Assembly: GCA_964016885.1 (NCBI GenBank)
Contig: OZ024752.1
Location: 25,544,001-25,608,000, forward strand
Source: Eledone cirrhosa
Taxonomy: Eukaryota
Reading direction: 5' to 3'
DNA: 64,000 nucleotides
The notes under the pieces are model-generated. The model had not been told where the DNA came from. It did no database searches and saw nothing but the letters and a program-made list of their open reading frames with translations. The translations under genes were made by a program, and so were the position numbers. Shown here one piece after another: positions 40,953 through 53,614 of this stretch. The first letter of the stretch is position 1; each line of letters starts with the position of its first letter.

Positions 40953-42185
40953 GTACGATGATCCAACTCTCATAGCCGAATCTATGGCTGAACTAGAGAA
41001 GAAATTTCAAACATGGAAGCATGGCCTAGAATCAAAAGGCCTTAAAGTTAACTTGTCTAAGATTAAAGTTCTAGGATGCAGAAAGGAAAATAGGGCACAG
41101 GTGCCCTCTGGGAAATGGCCATGCTCAGTGTGTAGGAAAGGAATAGGTAGAAACAATAAGTAGCAAGTGCCCACTGGATACCAGCTCCTTCCACTGCCTA
41201 GATGGTTCTATAGAAATAGTAGACACTTTCTGTTACTCGGATGACAAAAGCAGCAGTGGAGGAGGGTGCTCTGAAAGTACAGTAGCCAGAGTTAGAATGG
41301 GATGGAAAAAGTTCAGAGAGTTTATACCACTGTTGGCCACAAAAGGTTTCTCTCTAAAAATGAAAGGAGATTGTATGATGCTTGTATACGAACAACAATG
41401 TTACATGGCAGTGAAACATGGGCATTGTGTGTAGAGGACCTGCACAGATTGGAAAGGAGCGAAGCATGCCTGCTCCGTTGGATGTGTAATACATGAACGG
41501 CAAAACAAACAAACTAAGTGAGAAATTAGGAATAAGAGGGATCAGATGTTGTTTACTTGAGAGGAGACTACGTTGATATGGTCATGTGATGTGCATGAAA
41601 GACGACAGTTGTATAAAAAAGTGCAGGGTGATCAAAATTGATGGAAGTTACGGAGTAGGTAGACCCAGAAAAACCTGGGACAGCATGATAAAATCTGACC
41701 TTGCACACTTACACCTCTCTAAGACAATGACACTGGATGGAAACCTTTGGCGCTACGCAGTAATACAGAAAACCCATCTTTCTTTATGTACAAAGTTAAA
41801 CCTACAGTGAGCAGGCACCTCTTAATCAAATATACACCCCATCCCACTACCCCTACTCCATTCTCCCACCCACACCCACACCACCCTTTCTCTGTAAAGT
41901 TATGTTGGTTCCACAGAACATGCAGTCCACACTAAAGTGGTTGTGTAGGTGTCACGACAAAAAACTCCCAGTCCATGCTGTAAAGTGGTTGTGTAGGAGA
42001 CACTGTAAAAAGGCTCTCAGTCCACACTGTAAATGTGGTTGGTGTTAGGAAGGGCATCCAGCCATAGAAAACCTGCCAGTACAGTCCTATATGAGCGAGA
42101 CAGTTACCCAATCAATCTTGCCTCAATTGGGACAATAACCCATGCTAGCGTAGAAGACAGATGTTAAACAATGATGATGATGATA
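40953..42185 (+). mobile_element. RTE LINE 3' fragment, degenerate
   Basis: Runs from the YxDD region to the 3' UTR and (GAT)n tail, with an internal deletion in the PHD segment and several stops. Confidence 0.9.
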
Positions 42186-42377
42186 ATATATACTGTATAT
42201 TTATTGATTTTATTATAAAAATGATTTTTACAGCACTAGAACGGTTTCATTTGTAAGAAATCATCAGGTCTTTGCAGATGATTTCTTACGAATGAAACAG
42301 TTCTAGTCCTGTAAAGTCATTTCTATAATAAAATGAATATACCTATACATTCGTCGCCTCCCGATTTACACATGGAT

Positions 42378-42419
<42 letters not shown>

Positions 42420-43533
42420 ATTCAGTTCGTTATCTTTTCGTTTCAAGCGAACTGGACAACCAGACATTACACATGGTAAATTATATTAACAGATTATTAT
42501 TGTTGAACGTTTGAAATCGAGGGCAATATTTCTTTTCATACATCCGGAATCGATAAAACAAAGTAACATTGAAGTATGGGAAAAGGGGATAAAGTCGGCT
42601 GTTCCCTTTCCCTTAGATTGTTGGTCTTTACAGTTTTAGAAAGGATAAACGACGGACAATGAGTCGATTTTGGTCTTTTGTATTTCCTGTGTCGAGAAAA
42701 TCAAGTAGCAGTCATGTACTGGATTTGTTCAAATCGACTACCCAGTTTTCTCTTATGTCCCACCCTTCCGGACTGAAGAATCGGTTGTTTGTGAGCATCG
42801 AACTAAATGTTTTGTTGCGGTCTTTAGTTACGTCCCTTTATGTTCCGAGTTCATATCTCCTTGCAGAGGCTTTTAGGGTTCATCGATAAAATAAAGTGCT
42901 AGTTGTTTCTGTTTTTAAACCCCGCAGCGGCCCTAATTGAGCAGACGAACAAACCACCATTCAAGCCTTATTTTCAAAAATTATGCGCACTGGACGGACA
43001 ACACTATTCAATGTTTTTTTGTTTTTTTTGAGATAGTAGAATGTGATTTAAGGGAACTTCGGTTGCAATTTCTAGTAGGTCGACCCACTTCGCTAATTCG
43101 CTATATAGTTGATATAAAAAAAAAACAATAAAACTTTATAGTCAGACATGTATTGTACAAGTTACAGCATGATTATATGGTTATTATTTTTTTTTTTTTT
43201 AAATATAGTCTTTTTGATACACCCTGTATTTCAAATTATTTGAAAATAATAGGTAGTGTTTTTCATGAGAAATATGGTAATGAAAGTGTTAGCAGTATCT
43301 ATTTTGGAAAAAACAAAAAATAATAAACCAACAGAAACTAAACTAAAACATTTGACTCCCTTTTGTCTGAAAAAAAAAACAATTATTACTCGAGTACTAG
43401 ATTCAGCAGTAGACGGTCCACATATTTAATGAGTGACAAGAAATTTCCAATAATAACAAGAACTGTTGTGAGAACAGGGAAGCCTCCGTGTAAACGCACG
43501 ATCTTCTATAAACAGAAGCCAAATTTCTCTTAC

Positions 43534-43539
43534 AATCAT
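43534..43539 (-). CDS. Tentative first coding exon end of FAM177A1-like gene (Met-Ile)
   Basis: Minus strand reads ATG ATT|GTAAGA, a phase-0 donor compatible with the 19640 exon. It lies in non-repetitive DNA where CpGs become frequent. Too short to confirm. Confidence 0.35.
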
Positions 43540-43982
43540 ACCCTAACCTTCTAAAACAACAACAACAGCAGAGCAACAAAAATTAAGGACACAGTCAAGA
43601 ACTAAACTACATTTATCCAGTGGACCGTGTTATCCAGTATTTGAGTATGTGTGTGACAAATGTGTTCGAAGTATAATAACAACAAAACGAAGAAAAAAAG
43701 ACGGGGTGATTATGGATTCAGAGGTTTTGATCACGTTTTGTTCTAATAGGGCTTGCCTATGATTAAACTACTGCTGTCACTGTGACTAAGGGTTATTATT
43801 TAAAAAGATACAATACAGATAGCTAGTAATATATTAACGAAATGTGTCTGTCACAGTATGTAGCGGAAATTTAAAAAAAAAGCATAAAGAAGCGAATACA
43901 AACACGCGAGAAATTCGGAGTAATAACGAAAGAATAAAACATGTTTTGACTATTGTTTATCCTATGTGTACACACAGACGTT

Positions 43983-44022
<40 letters not shown>

Positions 44023-44023
<1 letters not shown>

Positions 44024-44460
44024 GGTGGCTGCCAACTCGTTTTCGAGTACGGCCACTACTTTATACCTATGGAGGAGAACCCTTACCGATGCGCTGAACG
44101 AGTGTGACTTTTTAGTCCAGCCAGCGACTTGAAAACTCTGGTACAAACACTACACTTGTGACAATCATTGACACATAGTGCTGGGCCCATGGTACCATGT
44201 GACGACAAGTACAGAGAGATCTCCAGATATAAAGCAATGCCTGTGCCGTGAAATTTTTATAGTGAGCAAAGGCAGTGCACAAAGCCAGTCCCACTCTCTT
44301 AACGAAGATGATATTTACCAAAAAGAAGAACAAGTCAACATCATTGGATACCATCAGGGTTGCGGGTGTTATATCAGAGTTTTCCTTCTCCTAGAATTCT
44401 GCCTTGACAAAGGCTAAGGAGTCATCTCTCCCGGTGATTTTGGATGGCCATTGACTCTTA

Positions 44461-44494
<34 letters not shown>

Positions 44495-44900
44495 TGGCTG
44501 CCAACTCGTTTTTGAGTACGGCCACTACTTTATATCCATGTAGGAGAACTCCTACCAATGCACTGAACGAATGTGACTTTAGTCCAGCCAGCGACTTGAA
44601 AAACTCTGGTACAAACACTACACCTGTGACAATTATTGACACAGTGCTAGACCCATGGTACCATGTGACGACAAGTGCAGAGAGATCTCCAGATATAAAG
44701 CAATGCCTGTGCCGTGAAGCTTTTATAGTGAGCAAAGGCACTGCACAAAGCCAGTCCCACTCTCTTAACCAAGATGATATTTACCAAAAAGAAGAACAAG
44801 TCAACATCATTGGATACCATCAGAGTTGCAGGTGTTATATCAGAGTTTTCCTTCTCCTAGAATTCTGCCTTGACAAAGGCTAAGGGGTCATCTCTCCCAG
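44023..44900 (-). mobile_element. Tandem pair of ~430-bp non-autonomous retroelements (RTE-related SINE-like)
   Basis: Two highly similar copies (44023-44462 and 44491-44900), each ending in (TA)n on the minus strand. GGAGAAGGAAAACTCTGAT resembles RTE-BovB 5' UTRs. Confidence 0.6.
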
Positions 44901-45909
44901 ATATATATATATACATACATACATACATACACAAGTATCCGAAATGTAAAGACTTCCTACTATATCAAGTGTAAACTAATATGTTTTTCACTGTACTGTG
45001 TTGTTTGCTTACTTGTTTCCGTTTACATTTTGCATACACACATTATATATATATATACATACACACACACAGATATATATATATATATACAGAGAGAGAG
45101 AGAGATTTATACATGTTTAACCATAATATGTTGACATTTATGTTGCCTATATGATAATCCAAAGAAATTCCAGCAGCACACACCAGGCGTGTGATTGAGT
45201 GTGCGTGTCTTCTCAGACTGTCTCCTCTTTAAATTGTGTTAATTTGTACGTATTCAATTGGAATAAACTTAAGCAGGCTTTTGTCTTTATATTTCCTACA
45301 GCGTGGAATTTCTAAATCGTCTGAGAGCTAAAGTATTTTTAAATAACCCGTCCCAGTAAAAAATAGTTTTCATATGATTCTAACTCTTTCTTGGAACAAA
45401 TTCAAACCATTTATTTTATCGCCATCTATCTATATAGCATCATGTTTATTCGCGTGTTTATTCAAATTGGTGAACCAATAGAAACTTAACATTACAAAAT
45501 GTTAAACTATCTATACACACATATGTATATATATCTGTAGGTGGTTGACGGCTGAGAGAAAGCAGTACTCAATACCGAAGTAGAGTTATAATATTCATTT
45601 TATTAAGGCTAAATAGCGAGTCTTGTTACTCAGGAGTTTCGCCTGTTTATCACAGGGACACCAGACAAGATTCACTATTCAGCCTTAATAAAATTAATGT
45701 GTGTGTGTGAACAGCCGGTTGACTTCAGAAAACATTGAGATGATTTGAATGTAAATTACTACAATAGTCGATCATAATAAATAATAGTAAAATACCCCTT
45801 GGAGAAGGGGGGGGGGGAGAAGTGGTCCGAACCTCCTGCGATTTTCTCAACTATTATTTATAGTGATCGACTATAGTCTTTTACATTGGGATGACTACAT
45901 TTCAAATTT

Positions 45910-45950
<41 letters not shown>

Positions 45951-46774
45951 TCTCGTTTTTATTTGATAGATGAGGGGCAGGAAAATAAAGTCAAATCCGA
46001 CAGTTTTCGAGCTCGACATAGCAAGAGGGACAAAACGCGATGCAATTAATTATGACGTATAAAATCCAACAATAATAGGATTAAGATGAAGAAGAATGTG
46101 GATAAAGAAGACATAAGAATGTTATATTCGTTAACAGTGTAAAATATGAACAATATATCATAGTAGTAGTAGTTGTTCTGAGAAATATTTTCATGGTTTC
46201 TATACGTAGGTTTGTATTTTTTTGAATGATGAAAAAATAATAAAGAATGTTATCAAGAACGAATGTAATTCACTATACAATAAGAAGAAATATAAGTTTA
46301 ACATATTGAAATAAAAGCTTTGATATGTAGGCGTTAATTTTATGAAAAAACAGTAACAAAGTGAAGAAGACACAGAAAATAATGACACTAACCTGAGCCA
46401 TATTGGTTGTTTATGTTCATATAATCGTGTTCGTTGAGAATCACCAGATAGTAGTAGTAGCAGAATATAGGAATAGGGGAATGACTAACAACGTTCGCTG
46501 ATTCATTATTCTGAACTACTCTCTTTTTGGTGACGTGGAAGAGTTATTGCTGTTGTTTAACCTCCGAGTTAGCTCATGTACCCTTTTTTAGGGGGGGGGG
46601 GGATAAATGGATTATGCTATTGGCTTTCGCAAACTAGTGAATATTTTGACATGCAGTTGACCCCCAGCTTCTGTAGTTCTAAATATGTTGTAAGTTTACA
46701 TTTTATGACTAACTATATAGGTTAATCCAGCAGTGGGGTGGACAAGGGAAGACTATTTCATCATCAGTATCACT

Positions 46775-46824
<50 letters not shown>

Positions 46825-46829
46825 TATTA

Positions 46830-49800
46830 AACTACAAACAATGAAAACAAAAATTCCCCGACGCAGTTGGGGATTTCAGGGGGCCACTCTCCAAGAGAAT
46901 CTACAAAGATATCGTCTTGGAGACACCCATGACCAGCCGAGGGGACGTTTCTACTGTCCCTTCCCCATGCGTTCAAGGTAAGTGATCCTTTCTCACTTGC
47001 CCCATTCCTCATCCAACATGGCCGTACTTAGAATAGGCAGTATAAATGTACGTGGCCTGGGTCATCTTGGAAGCAGGGTCACCTGCTCAACGACCTCAGG
47101 TCACTAATCATAGATGTGGTGGCCATCAGCGAGACCAGAATCTCCAAAGCACGAGCCTTCGCACCGATCTTCGGCGGCTACGATGTATACGCATCTCCCA
47201 GCCGTCCAGGATCGGGGTAGAGGAGTTGCTGCGCTTTTTCGGAGAGGCTTGGGTCTCGCCATACGGACCATCTTCCTGGGCCCAGAAGGTAAGTCGGTGG
47301 TGCTGGACGTGAACGGCACCGAAGGCAACGCTTTCGGGTTAGTAGCCGTCTATTCCCCGACAGGGACAGGACGGCCAGATTTCTTCAGACGTCTAGAGAC
47401 CTTTCTGGGAACGTCCCACTCTTTAGTGTTAGTGGGCAACTGGAACGGTATCTTGGATGCACGCTGGGATTGTGTGGGGTTAGTGGATAGGCGAGGAGGG
47501 TGCAAGAGCCTCACCAAACTGCTCAGACGTTTTGAACTGTCTGACAGGTATCGACTGGATCACCCGAATGTGCCAATGTGGACATGGACAAACCGCATCG
47601 GGTCATCCAGATCGTATCTAGATAGGGTATTCTGCAGGGAACTAGATAAGGCTAGTATAGGTTGTCCACAATTTAAAATAGTCGACTACATAGACCTCAT
47701 ATTTGTGATCTGTGAGATCGACATAGACAGACTTCATAGATAAGGACCTGGTTACTGGAAGCTGAACGCGTCTTTCCCGACGCGCAAAGCCTACAGAGAC
47801 CGGATTAGCGTATTAGTTAAGTGGGCGTTGACGGGAGCGGACGTCAACAACAGGTGGTGGTTTACCCTGAAAAGGGCAATTAAAGTAGAGTCGATTAGGT
47901 TTAGCAAAGGAGTAACGATAGAGGAAAATAGAGTAGAGGGAGAGCTAGTCGGAAAGCTAGAAGAGGCGTTTAGGACAGGCATCGCAACCAATGTGCTTAC
48001 GGCGAGATTGACACTCGACCAATTCTTCAACGCAAAACACGAAGGCTGCGTTGTCAGAGCTAGAGCGCGTGCTCTGAAACACGAGGGGACGAAAGCCGTC
48101 TAATGGGCCCGGGTGGCAGAGGCGCGACGTGGCAACAAAGCCACAATTCGGTCTTTGTCTGACCAAAACGGGTGCGTGTTTCTCGACCCGAGCAGATGTG
48201 TGAGGCTTTTCAGCAGCACTTTGCTGAACTGTTCGCGAGCGGCGGCAGGCCGGAGAGGGGTATGAACTTCAGTGCATACCTCGACGGACTGCCTCGGCTC
48301 TCGACGACAGCAGCACAGTGTTGCGAAAAGCTAATAACAGCCGTTGAAATACGGGAAGCGATGGCTAAGTGCACGAGGGGTAAATCGCCAGGTTTGGATG
48401 GTCTGCCCTACGAGCGTTAGGCATTTATGCCAAACTTGTTCGGTGACCTCTTGTCAGACGTCTACTGCAACTGGAAGCAGAACGGGAGCATTCCCAGTTT
48501 TGTGAGCCGGGGAGCGGTGGCGCTGCTAAGAAAAGATCCGAACAAGGGGGATGTTATCGATAACTTCAGGCCCATAACTCTGTTAAACGCAGAGTTCAAG
48601 ATTTTGGCCAAGGTATTAGCAACGAGGTTGGCGCTTGTCGTCGAGGGTCAGGTGGGAGAAGCGCAGATATGCGCCATTCCGGACAGATCCATACACGACA
48701 ACCTCCACCTCATGCGATACATCGTAGAGAGGGTGGTTAAGGAACCTGGCACGGGTGGGGCCCTGATCAACTTGGATCAATCCAAAGCATTCGATAGGGT
48801 CGACCATCGGTACCTGGCGGCGGTCCTCGAGGCAGCCGGTTTCGAGCCCGTTTTCAGAGGTTGGATTGCTGCGATGTACAACGATATCTGCTCAGTTGTG
48901 AGGGTGAACCGTCACCTGTCACAGCCGTTCAGCATCATGCGCTCGGTCCGCCAGGGTTGTCCCCTCTCGTCCCTCTTGTACGTATTGGCTCTCGAGCCGT
49001 TACTGCACAAACTGGGGGCGATGAGGGGCGTCCCACGTGAACTAGGATGCGGGAATTCCGAGTCGGCTTACGTCGACGACGTCACCGAGGTGGTGTCGAG
49101 CACCAGACACGTCCAGATGCTCGGCACCGCTCTCAAGGAATACGAAGCGGTGACAGGAGCAATGATAAACCAGCAAAAGTCGGTGGACTTGCAACTCGGT
49201 ACCTGGAAAGGCAAGTCCATGCCGTCCGACAGCGTTGTCTGGCGCTGGACGGAAGGACCGGTTAAATTGCTTGGTGTCTGGTTCGGCCCGGATCTCCAGA
49301 TGGAGAAAAACTGAAGCGAGGTGACGAGTAGGATGGCTTCTCTCACCCAGAAATGGGCCGAGAGGAGGCTGTCTCTGAAAGGCCGGGCGGAGGTGGCGAA
49401 TGCGTACATCGCGTCCGTCATCTACTACCGCCTGACCGTCGTACCTTGCCCCCGCCCAAATCTGACCAAAATGGAGCGCCTTCTCTTCCGCTTTTTGTAG
49501 AAGGGACGCGCTGCCATGGTCAGACGATCCATTTGTTGTCAACACCCGTTGCGTGGAGGACTAGGCATGCCGTGGCTGAGATGCGCAAACATGCGCTAAG
49601 GCTGCGACATCTCTGGTGCTTCCTTGACGGTGAACAGGTGTGGTCGCCGTTTGCCAGACGCGCTTTTCCCCAGCTCGTCTCATTAACGGAGCTGCAGTCC
49701 TGGATCAGGAAAATACCGAGGGATAGCGCTTGGATGCTGGAATGTCTCCAAGCGCTCACCGCTCTCTACCAGCTGGGTACTAGTATCGGTGGAACATCCA

Positions 49801-50696
49801 CCTCGGCGTTCTATAGAGGGCTAGTGGAAGGAAAGAGCGACGACGTTCTCGGGGAGACCCAGGGCGTCGAAGACGATCAGCTGTTTGCTCTCTTCAAGAG
49901 AACTTTCAGACCGGGGCCTATGGTCAACTTCCAGAAATCCCTGGCCTGGCAGTGCTACCGGGGAGCTTTTCCGGTTCGGGATAAGCCCTACAGGCACGGA
50001 GGTGCTGTCAGCCGAGCCTGTCCGAAATGCGCGCAGATCGACGAAACCGTCCTGCACGCACTCGTTCAGTGCTCGAGGATTGCTGACTTGTGGAGCTATG
50101 TCGAACAGCTGCTGTCGCGTGTAGGACGGATCCTTTAAAGAGGAGGAAGGGCAGGCGGTTTTCATCTGCCTGGTGGCCATAGGCGAAAGAGATTGTGTGG
50201 TGGACAAGGGTAAAAGGGTTAAAGACAGACACTTTCCTCTTCGGCGAATCCCTGATTAACTTTTTCAAGTTTCACTTGAAGAGGAAAATCAGGGTGGAGA
50301 GGCAAGTGCCGTCTTCGAGCAAGTTTGTTGAAAGGTGGGTGAATGTAGCGAGAATAGTCCGAGTGAACGGGACCACTCTGAATATACGCTTGTAGTTTGA
50401 GGAATGGGAAAAAATTGAGAGAGGGTGCTTGCCCTGGTGGTCAGGGTGGCCGTGGTCTTTTGTGAGGTTTTCGCCACGAGTAACTCTCGGAGGTTTCCCC
50501 CCTATTGGGGAATTTTTCATTGTTTGAATTTTCATTTTTATTGTATATATATGTTTCTGTCTTTTTTCTTTTTCGTTTCTTATATAAATAATAAAAATCT
50601 TTACACGCACAAAACCCACATCGTACCGTCCTGTACCGTCCTGTACCGTCTGTAATGTTTTTCTTGATGTCAGCCCTTGTGGCCAATAAAGAAATC
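46830..50696 (+). mobile_element. L1/Tx1-clade non-LTR retrotransposon, ORF2 complete in extent but pseudogenised
   Basis: ORF2 from ATG 47018 (MAVLRIGSINVRGL...DVVAISETR) with APE (SYLDRVF), RT (NFRPITLLN, LDQSKAFDRV, VRQGCPLS, YVDD) and CxxC..H...C finger, stop at 50395. Many stops and frameshifts. 3' end AATAAAGAAA; possible TSD ATCATTATTA at 46820-46829 and 50694-50703. Confidence 0.92.
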
Positions 50697-52239
50697 ATTA
50701 TTATTATCATTACCATCTTTTTTACGCCTATTTTCCATACTTTGGATGGGTTGGACTGATCTTTTCCACCACATACTACCTTCATATGTTGCATTTTTTT
50801 TTTGTCATTTGCACTGTGAGGTTCAGCGTGTTGGGATTCGCTTTCACCACCTCTGCCCAGGTTTTCCTTGGCCTTCCTCTACAACAGCTTCCTTTCACTA
50901 GGAGCTCCTGGCACTACATCCAATGATCAACCTCGGTGGGATTAGAACTCAGAACGTAAAGGGTCGTAACTCTATACCGCGAAGCATACTGTCCGACGCT
51001 CTACCGATACTGCCAATCCACTGCCCTACTGAGCAAACCTATAATGATTTTTAAGTTTGGTACAATGCCATCAATTTGACAGAGAGATGAGAAGCAGGTT
51101 ATATCGACTCTAGTACTTGACTACTTTATTTTATTGACTCTGAAAGGATGAAACACTGATGCAGAAGCAGTTACTGTTCAGCTGAGTGACAGTCGTATGC
51201 TTCGAACTCCCTTTTGTTTGCTCTGTCCCCTGCCCTGAGAACCACAGGGGTGACCTCGAGAGATCGTCCACGCACAGATTTGTTCACGCCAAAAAGGGGG
51301 TAACCCAGAAATTAACCGTTAAATGTCACCCAAGGGTCAAGGTGTGGACAGATTTCGCTACAGTACTGCATTGAACCAGAAACCACTGTGGGGTTGGGAA
51401 GCCGAGTGGAAACATGCCAGACAGAAATTAAAATATATATATGCTTTTAAGGCTCCTATAGATTGTGAGTCCTTAAGCTGTAGATTCTTGAGCTGATGCT
51501 CAAATCTGAGACTGAGACATAGCTAACAAAAACTGTTGCTCTCTTTTAAGTGCAGGTTGGATCAGTTGATTCAATCAACGGAAGTGCCCACATGGGAAAT
51601 TAACTTGTAAGTGACTGAGCATTCCATAGACACGTGCACCCCCTAACAGGGATCTTAACGTAACAAAGCTGGCTCCTTGAATTACAGGCACAACTCATTT
51701 TTGCCAGCTGAGTGGGCTGAAGCAACATAAAATAAAGTTACTTGCTCAAGAACACAACATGCCGCCTGGTTTGGGAATCAAACTTACGACCTTACAGTCA
51801 TGAATCCAACACTCTAACCACTATGCCATGTGCCTTTCTCTTTTAAGAGGATACAATCCTATACAATCAACATATAACTATTTGTGGAAGAAACATATGT
51901 ATGACTGTCAAATATATGTAAATGTGGGGCACCAAAAGATGGAGAACCTTGGAGATTTTTCGTTAATGTTAATGGCTAAATATTGTGTAGTTGACATTCA
52001 TTTTCTCAATTGATGTACAACGTAATCTTGGCTCACGAACTTAATTCGTTTCTGAAGACCCTTCGTCATCCAAAACATTCGTAAGCCGAAACATTTTTCT
52101 CATACGAAATGTTGGGAGAGAAATACAGTACACTATCCCTCCGATACTCCCAGCTTGTCGCCAACTGTATATTAAAAATCCAAACAACTATGCTTCTCCA
52201 AATATCGGTCGCTCTCCGACAGGTTTGCACTTGAGCCTT

Positions 52240-52570
52240 TAGCAGTGGAGATTTCTGGTGTCCTTGCCCCAAGGGCCACCTCCCTATACACCACCATAGG
52301 CGCTGAGCTGGTAAGCCGCAGGTGTGAGCTTCGCGAGTTGGAATGGTTCTTCCAGCACATCTCCCTCACCATCCTCCGGGGAAACGCCTTCTCTATTCTA
52401 TCCGCCGGGGCCGTGGAATGGCCAGCACATGGGACCCCATTTGCTCATAATAGTGAGAGACAGGGAGGGCGTGAGAGACGGAGTTGATGGCAGAGGAAGT
52501 TCTACTCCTCTGTGTTCGGACCTGGTGTACATGTGTGTGTATTTTTATACTATCGACTCTTTATGAATAT
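52240..52570 (+). mobile_element. CRE-clade 3' fragment
   Basis: AVEISGVLAP...EWFFQHISLTILRGNAFSIL matches the CRE C-terminal motif (FQRISIAIQRGNA type). Confidence 0.72.
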
Positions 52571-52914
52571 ATTGATATGCTAGATTTGTTACTATGCAAC
52601 AATACAAGATAAATGTTTACATCTGTTAAGTATAGAAGCAAAAATCGTTTTACGATTATATTTTTAAAATCCATACGCAAAACGAATTGCCAATCAATTA
52701 CTACTTATTTAACTATGTCTATTTTATTGATCTCATAAGAATAAAAAAACAAAATCGAGACGGACAAGATTCAAATTCAGAAGGTAGTGGGACGTGACTC
52801 ATACAGCAAAATATTTTATCCGGAACTGTCTCCCTCCTAAACTAAGGGAGGCAATTTAAAGGAGAGTAGAGTGACCGTTCTTGAATCGTTTGTCATACTA
52901 GAAAACTGTACAAG

Positions 52915-53092
52915 ATGGCATCCACCAATGTTGACAACCAGTATCAAAATAAAGATGACGGAGAAGTGCATTATAGGTGTATATACACAGAAAAATTTGT
53001 CGATGCAGAGATTATCAAAGACATGCTAGACCAGTTAAAGAACGTATATAAGAATGACCGTGACCAAGAGTTAGCTTTACAGAATTTTAAAT
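52915..53092 (+). CDS. TBCD: Tubulin-specific chaperone D, coding exon 1
   Basis: aagATGG start; MASTNVD...KFVDAEIIKDMLDQLKNVYKNDRDQELALQNFK; GTAATG donor in phase 1. Splices in frame to the next three exons, giving a TBCD-like N-terminus. Confidence 0.88.
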
Positions 53093-53614
53093 GTAATGTT
53101 GTAATCTTTTCATTTACCGATGGCGCAATCTTAATGTTTTCACACCCTCTGGCGTTGTGTATTATGATATGTATGTATGTAAAAAATAACATTTACACCC
53201 TCCTTACACGTATTGAGTGCTCGTCCAGTTAATGTTTCAATGTTTTATGTACAATGGTATTTCAAACACTCTTTTATATACCTTAACATAGTATATCCGA
53301 AGACATACTAATATATGTATATATATATTTTTTTATTCATAAATAACATTACAAAGCGTTTGCAATTCTTTCAGAATGAAAATATAAACAGAACATATAA
53401 ATAAATGTACAGTAGAATGACATAACAAATATGTTTTAAATATATACATAAATAACATTACAAATGCTTAGATAACATTATACATTGCTCGCGATTCTTT
53501 CAGAAAGATATATTCTTTTAATGTTACAATATTAAAGAAAATGTAAAGGAAGGGGTGAACAATCGAGCCAACACCAGAGCAAAAGACAGCAGCGAGGGGT
53601 ATTGGGCAACCTCT

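Larger units (their letters stand above)
42400..52914. promoter_or_regulatory. Probable divergent promoter/intergenic region between FAM177A1-like and TBCD
   Basis: Lies between the 5' ends of oppositely oriented genes. CpG dinucleotides look more frequent here than in the gene-body introns (visual impression, not counted). Confidence 0.45.

Noticed and set aside
44112-44883. Duplicated small ORFs as a gene pair
   Set aside because: ORF starts differ between copies, frames are open on both strands, there are no splice signals, and both copies have microsatellite tails.
47018-50395. GC-rich block as a bacterial insert or retron
   Set aside because: APE-RT-zinc finger order and the 3' AATAAA tail identify an L1/Tx1 retrotransposon.
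53093-53232. Extension of the 105-aa ORF as a single-exon gene
   Set aside because: TBCD similarity continues only through the donor at 53093 into 61597; the extension is intron.
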